Shown here piece after piece: positions 60,520 through 64,000 of a stretch of DNA of 64,000 nucleotides. The stretch lies in assembly GCA_016124755.1 (NCBI GenBank), contig WGNA01000004.1:36826-100825 (forward strand), given 5' to 3'. The translations under genes and the position numbers were made by a program. The notes under the pieces were generated by a model. That model worked only from the letters and a program-made list of their open reading frames with translations, was not told the DNA's origin and did no database searches. Each line of letters opens with the position of its first letter. The first letter of the stretch is position 1. Source of the stretch: Bacteroidota bacterium. GTDB lineage: Bacteria; Bacteroidota; Bacteroidia; NS11-12g; UBA9320.

Positions 60520-62535
60520 TCACCGGACTATTATTTTTTTGAATATTCTTTTGCCGGTTTGTGAATTAAAATATTCTAAAAAGTAAATACCGGAATCAAG
60601 ATATGAAATGTCGATTCTGGTTTCTGGCTGAGGAGCACTTTGATAAATAACACTTGCTCCATTTACATTGAAAATTTGGAGTATATCATCTTGGTGAGGT
60701 GAGATTGGGATTTTGACCAAAATATAATCATCTGCGGGATTTGGATAACAAATAAACTCCTCCGATGAAGAATTAAGAGAGGCATCTAAAATGCATGAAT
60801 CCCAATAAAATTGGTGATTATCGAAATACATTGTTTGTGTGTCGGCGGAAGTACTGCCATAAAATAAATTAATGAAGCCAGCTTGATTATAATCGAGTCG
60901 ATATTCAGAAGTAAATTGAGTTTTTTCACCATAGCCTGAACTGTCAATCAATGAAATTTTATAACAATCATCAATTGGCAAACAAAGTGAAGTATGGCAG
61001 CTTCTGTATGTTGCATTGCTGGATGTTATATCTATGATTTTACAAACATCAATCAGTTTTTTATGTAAGAATGTTTCGGGGGAATTTGTGCCTTTAATAT
61101 CAACAATAAACGTAGAAGGATTTGCAGAGATATTCGGATTGAATGATTTTACTATTGGTGTTTGGAGATTAAAAGAAAATTCAAACTCATTGTTCAAACA
61201 GGTTTGGTACACACAACTGCCATCATTGACATTGGCTTGAGGATTAAAATTTGATGCGGATGAATCTGTGCATCCCCTAATTTGAAGACCGGAAACAGGT
61301 TCACTAAGACCATCAGTTGTAAAGAGGTAATTCACTGAACTTATTCCCATGGTGACCAAATCAACTTTATTTGAAATCGGTATTATGTTAAAAGCCCTTG
61401 CTGTTGGATTAATATAACTAACATTGATATATTTCATAAACTCAGAAAGATCAAGAAAATCAGAGATGTTCTCATTTTTGTCGATTCTGAAAAACAGCAA
61501 CTTACGAGGTTGTCCCATTACCTCTATGTATGTTAATACGTCTTTGCGTTCAAACTCCGGAATAAATGCAACACCGGTATGTGCTGATGTAAAATACATG
61601 GCATCCGTTGATTGAAACAGAGAATTATAAAAGTCTGTTGTGACTGAATTTGCAGAATTAATTTTTACGGATAGAAAGGAAACCATAGGATTTGTTGATT
61701 TTGTATTTGAGCTGTATTTTTTATTCGGGTTCCGACCATTCAGGTATTCGTAATTCTTATAAAAAATGTACAAGCTTGTATCAAAAGCATAGAAGCTTGG
61801 ATCTGATATTTTAAATACAGGATCATTATAAATCTGAGCATTATGTCTCTGATTATTTTCGGTTGATATTTTATCTATTCTTATTCTTGAATCATTATCT
61901 TGAACAAATAGAAGTAATGTGTCTTGTAAATATGCATTCAAGTGGATATCCGGATACCCGGAAAAACTCTGGATTATCAGGTGATTGCCGTTCTCAAAGC
62001 TATATAGGGATCTGTATTCATCAGTAATAACATAATAAAGTTTATCATTAATTTGAACAGCGGAATTAAGCTTTAAATCCTTTTTATAGAATTTTCTTTC
62101 ATTGAACGAGAGATGATAGATCTCCTTTCCGTCAAACTTCATGATGGTGGGTCTATTCACGGATTCCGCATTCAAATTAGTAATTGCCAAAATATTGATT
62201 ACCCCATCAATGATAAAAATTGATTTTGCTCCATACGTAGAAAGTTCCACATTCCAATTCTGAGTTGGCAGGCTATCTGCAATTTCTTTTGATAGAATTA
62301 GCTCAGATGAGTCCAACACTGAGCCATCAAGACCTGTTTTATATAGGATTAATCCTGTTTGTCTTTTGGTCGGAGAATGATAATAATTATCAGCCAACGT
62401 GTATATAGTATCGTTCCAAACAATGCTTTCGTAGCATAGGGAACCTTCAATCTTTCTGTACCAATTCTGTGCGAAGCAAGTAGAAATTGAGATTGATGTA
62501 AACAAGATTAACTGTGTTAGAAGATATCTTTTCAT
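60520..62535 (-). CDS. T9SS C-terminal-domain secreted protein, hypothetical
   Basis: Signal peptide plus a CTD tail (ICYPNPADDYILVKI...SGIYFLEYFNSQTGKRIFKKIIVR). Confidence 0.6.
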   Translation of the reverse strand: MKRYLLTQLILFTSISISTCFAQNWYRKIEGSLCYESIVWNDTIYTLADNYYHSPTKRQTGLILYKTGLDGSVLDSSELILSKEIADSLPTQNWNVELSTYGAKSIFIIDGVINILAITNLNAESVNRPTIMKFDGKEIYHLSFNERKFYKKDLKLNSAVQINDKLYYVITDEYRSLYSFENGNHLIIQSFSGYPDIHLNAYLQDTLLLFVQDNDSRIRIDKISTENNQRHNAQIYNDPVFKISDPSFYAFDTSLYIFYKNYEYLNGRNPNKKYSSNTKSTNPMVSFLSVKINSANSVTTDFYNSLFQSTDAMYFTSAHTGVAFIPEFERKDVLTYIEVMGQPRKLLFFRIDKNENISDFLDLSEFMKYINVSYINPTARAFNIIPISNKVDLVTMGISSVNYLFTTDGLSEPVSGLQIRGCTDSSASNFNPQANVNDGSCVYQTCLNNEFEFSFNLQTPIVKSFNPNISANPSTFIVDIKGTNSPETFLHKKLIDVCKIIDITSSNATYRSCHTSLCLPIDDCYKISLIDSSGYGEKTQFTSEYRLDYNQAGFINLFYGSTSADTQTMYFDNHQFYWDSCILDASLNSSSEEFICYPNPADDYILVKIPISPHQDDILQIFNVNGASVIYQSAPQPETRIDISYLDSGIYFLEYFNSQTGKRIFKKIIVR

Positions 62536-62645
62536 GTGTATGACACCCTCAATTTCTGTTTTTTTTGTTTAATCAATTAGCTCTTTATGATTCATGATAT
62601 TTTCATTACACTAACAAACTGAATGGAAACAATGTTAACACTTAA

Positions 62646-64000
62646 TCATTGTCTCTTCAACTCCATCACTCCGTATTTCATCCGGTTTTGCCCTGTATCT
62701 TTTAAACCGCCGACAATAATAATGTTGTCGTGAATCCAGCGGATGGCGAGTATTTGGGAGACTTCGCTGAAATATTGATTGCATTCGAATTCTTCCATTC
62801 CGTTTCCAGCAATTGTGTAAAGAAATTGCTGACGTTTTTCGACCAGATAATTGTTTGAAAATCCGAAAACGGAATTGTTTCCATCGGTTATTAACGGATT
62901 AATATTTTCGGAAATGGGCTCCAGTTTCTTTAGAAAAAATGGTGGTAGTTTATCTGTTTTTTCAAATGAATTTATTGTTGGGAACGTATTTCCAGTCACT
63001 ATTATCCAATAGGCATTATTCGATACACCGGGTGTTATGGTGAAAAAATCGGGAAGGGGAGGGCCGAGAGTTGCCCAGTTTAGCGAAAGTCCATCGGAAT
63101 TGGGATATAACAGAAAAAGCGATTTTTCATTCAAAGAGTCATTTGTAAGTTCAACGACGAAGACCAAATCGCTCTGAGCATTCTGAATGGCTATTGAATG
63201 AAAACGAATGTTAGTACAACTCATAGAAAAAGGAGGTTTGGTATGCCATTCATTCAACAGATTTCCGGAAGTATCGCTCATCCGGAACAACCATAAATCT
63301 CCCGGATTAATTTCTCGGTTAATACTCACTTCGGTGTAAATAATATTTCCGGAACTGTCGATTCCGAAACCGGAAGCTTGTAAAAGCGATGATTCTTCGC
63401 TTCCCCAGTTGTTGAGGTATTTTAATCCGCGTTGTTCCGCATCTTTTCGGTTTTGGTGGAAGTGATCTGTGAAGGTTGAGGAATAAACACAGGCGAACGG
63501 ATGTAGAGGATAATCCCGCTTCCACGTTATATCATTCCGGCGATGATTGTTGGAAAAAAAATCCCGTTCGCTAAAGTTTGAATTTCGAAATGCGAGCTGT
63601 CTAACGATGTAAGCGGACGCATATTGAACCATGAGCGCTGAATCTTTCGGATATTGTACGGAAATAGCACCGCAGTTGTTCTGTAACGAATCGTATGTAA
63701 TCAAATTGAACCGGAGTTCTTTCGGAATGTGCTGGTGAAATGCCGTTAGGAGTTTTTCATACTTTAAACTCAGTGATTTGAATAAATGACTTTCCCTAAG
63801 AAAATGCTGAAGCGCAAAGCTGGTTTTATCGGCCTGATATTCCTTGCAATTGAGATTAGTTGGTTTGATTTGATACCGGTCGTCGAGATGGTGACCAAAT
63901 TCGTGCGCCAGCAAACAAAGAATATGATAGCGCGCAACTAAGAGTGCTTCCTTTTTATTTTTAAAATGTTTTTTAGGATTCCAGGTTCCTTCGGTAAGGG
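62646..64000 (-). CDS. HEXXH zinc-metalloprotease-like protein, N-terminus beyond the window edge
   Basis: The reading frame stays open to base 64000. The HEFGHH motif sits near the window edge, and the ORF-track Met is a TTG inside a longer frame. Confidence 0.5.
   Translation of the reverse strand, partial: LTEGTWNPKKHFKNKKEALLVARYHILCLLAHEFGHHLDDRYQIKPTNLNCKEYQADKTSFALQHFLRESHLFKSLSLKYEKLLTAFHQHIPKELRFNLITYDSLQNNCGAISVQYPKDSALMVQYASAYIVRQLAFRNSNFSERDFFSNNHRRNDITWKRDYPLHPFACVYSSTFTDHFHQNRKDAEQRGLKYLNNWGSEESSLLQASGFGIDSSGNIIYTEVSINREINPGDLWLFRMSDTSGNLLNEWHTKPPFSMSCTNIRFHSIAIQNAQSDLVFVVELTNDSLNEKSLFLLYPNSDGLSLNWATLGPPLPDFFTITPGVSNNAYWIIVTGNTFPTINSFEKTDKLPPFFLKKLEPISENINPLITDGNNSVFGFSNNYLVEKRQQFLYTIAGNGMEEFECNQYFSEVSQILAIRWIHDNIIIVGGLKDTGQNRMKYGVMELKRQ

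Noticed and set aside
1-64000. Alternative genetic code (TGA or TAA reassignment) as an explanation for the split gene at 1577-2302
   Set aside because: More than 50 long ORFs are intact under the standard code, including ones of 1655, 972 and 887 aa. Only one in-frame stop is seen.

Overview
This window looks like a chromosomal segment from a Bacteroidota (FCB-group) bacterium, but I could not verify the organism. The basis is six or more proteins ending in T9SS-type C-terminal sorting domains, a malate dehydrogenase of the LDH-like type, a 23S-IVS-type four-helix-bundle gene and TAnnTTTG-like -7 boxes. Coding density is high, with about 55 protein genes and no rRNA, tRNA, CRISPR, integrase or transposase. 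Firmly recognisable genes include purN, pgm-family mutase, acyl-CoA dehydrogenase, folB, scoA/scoB, mdh, a complete cyanophycin set (cphA, cphB, iaaA), thrS-infC-rpmI-rplT, hmgA, typA, pepD, MscS, two TonB-dependent receptors and a LytS-like HK plus LytTR RR pair. The unexplained signal falls into six groups. (1) A minus-strand operon at 33.8-37.8 kb encodes a lipoprotein with an 8-cysteine C-terminal module, a dedicated membrane thioredoxin-fold protein, a LytS/LytTR two-component pair and a lipocalin-like lipoprotein. This is a candidate peptide-signalling or thiol-maturation system that I cannot assign to a described family. (2) A pair of about 345-bp diverged inverted repeats at 1.2 kb and 31.5 kb has a strongly conserved, self-complementary core and may be a structured ncRNA or MITE-like family. 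(3) A 23S-IVS/Avd-like four-helix-bundle gene is flanked by inverted AATTGGGGAATTGGAGAATT arrays and a 171-bp tandem satellite, and is tied to a REP-like hairpin family at 55.2 and 60.3 kb. (4) A low-complexity 150-bp repeat spacer sits inside the rpmI-rplT operon. (5) A 1655-aa C25 (gingipain/PorU-like) peptidase is translationally coupled to glycosyltransferases. (6) A T9SS cargo gene is split by a single in-frame TAA. All functional calls are from motif recognition by eye; no searches were run.
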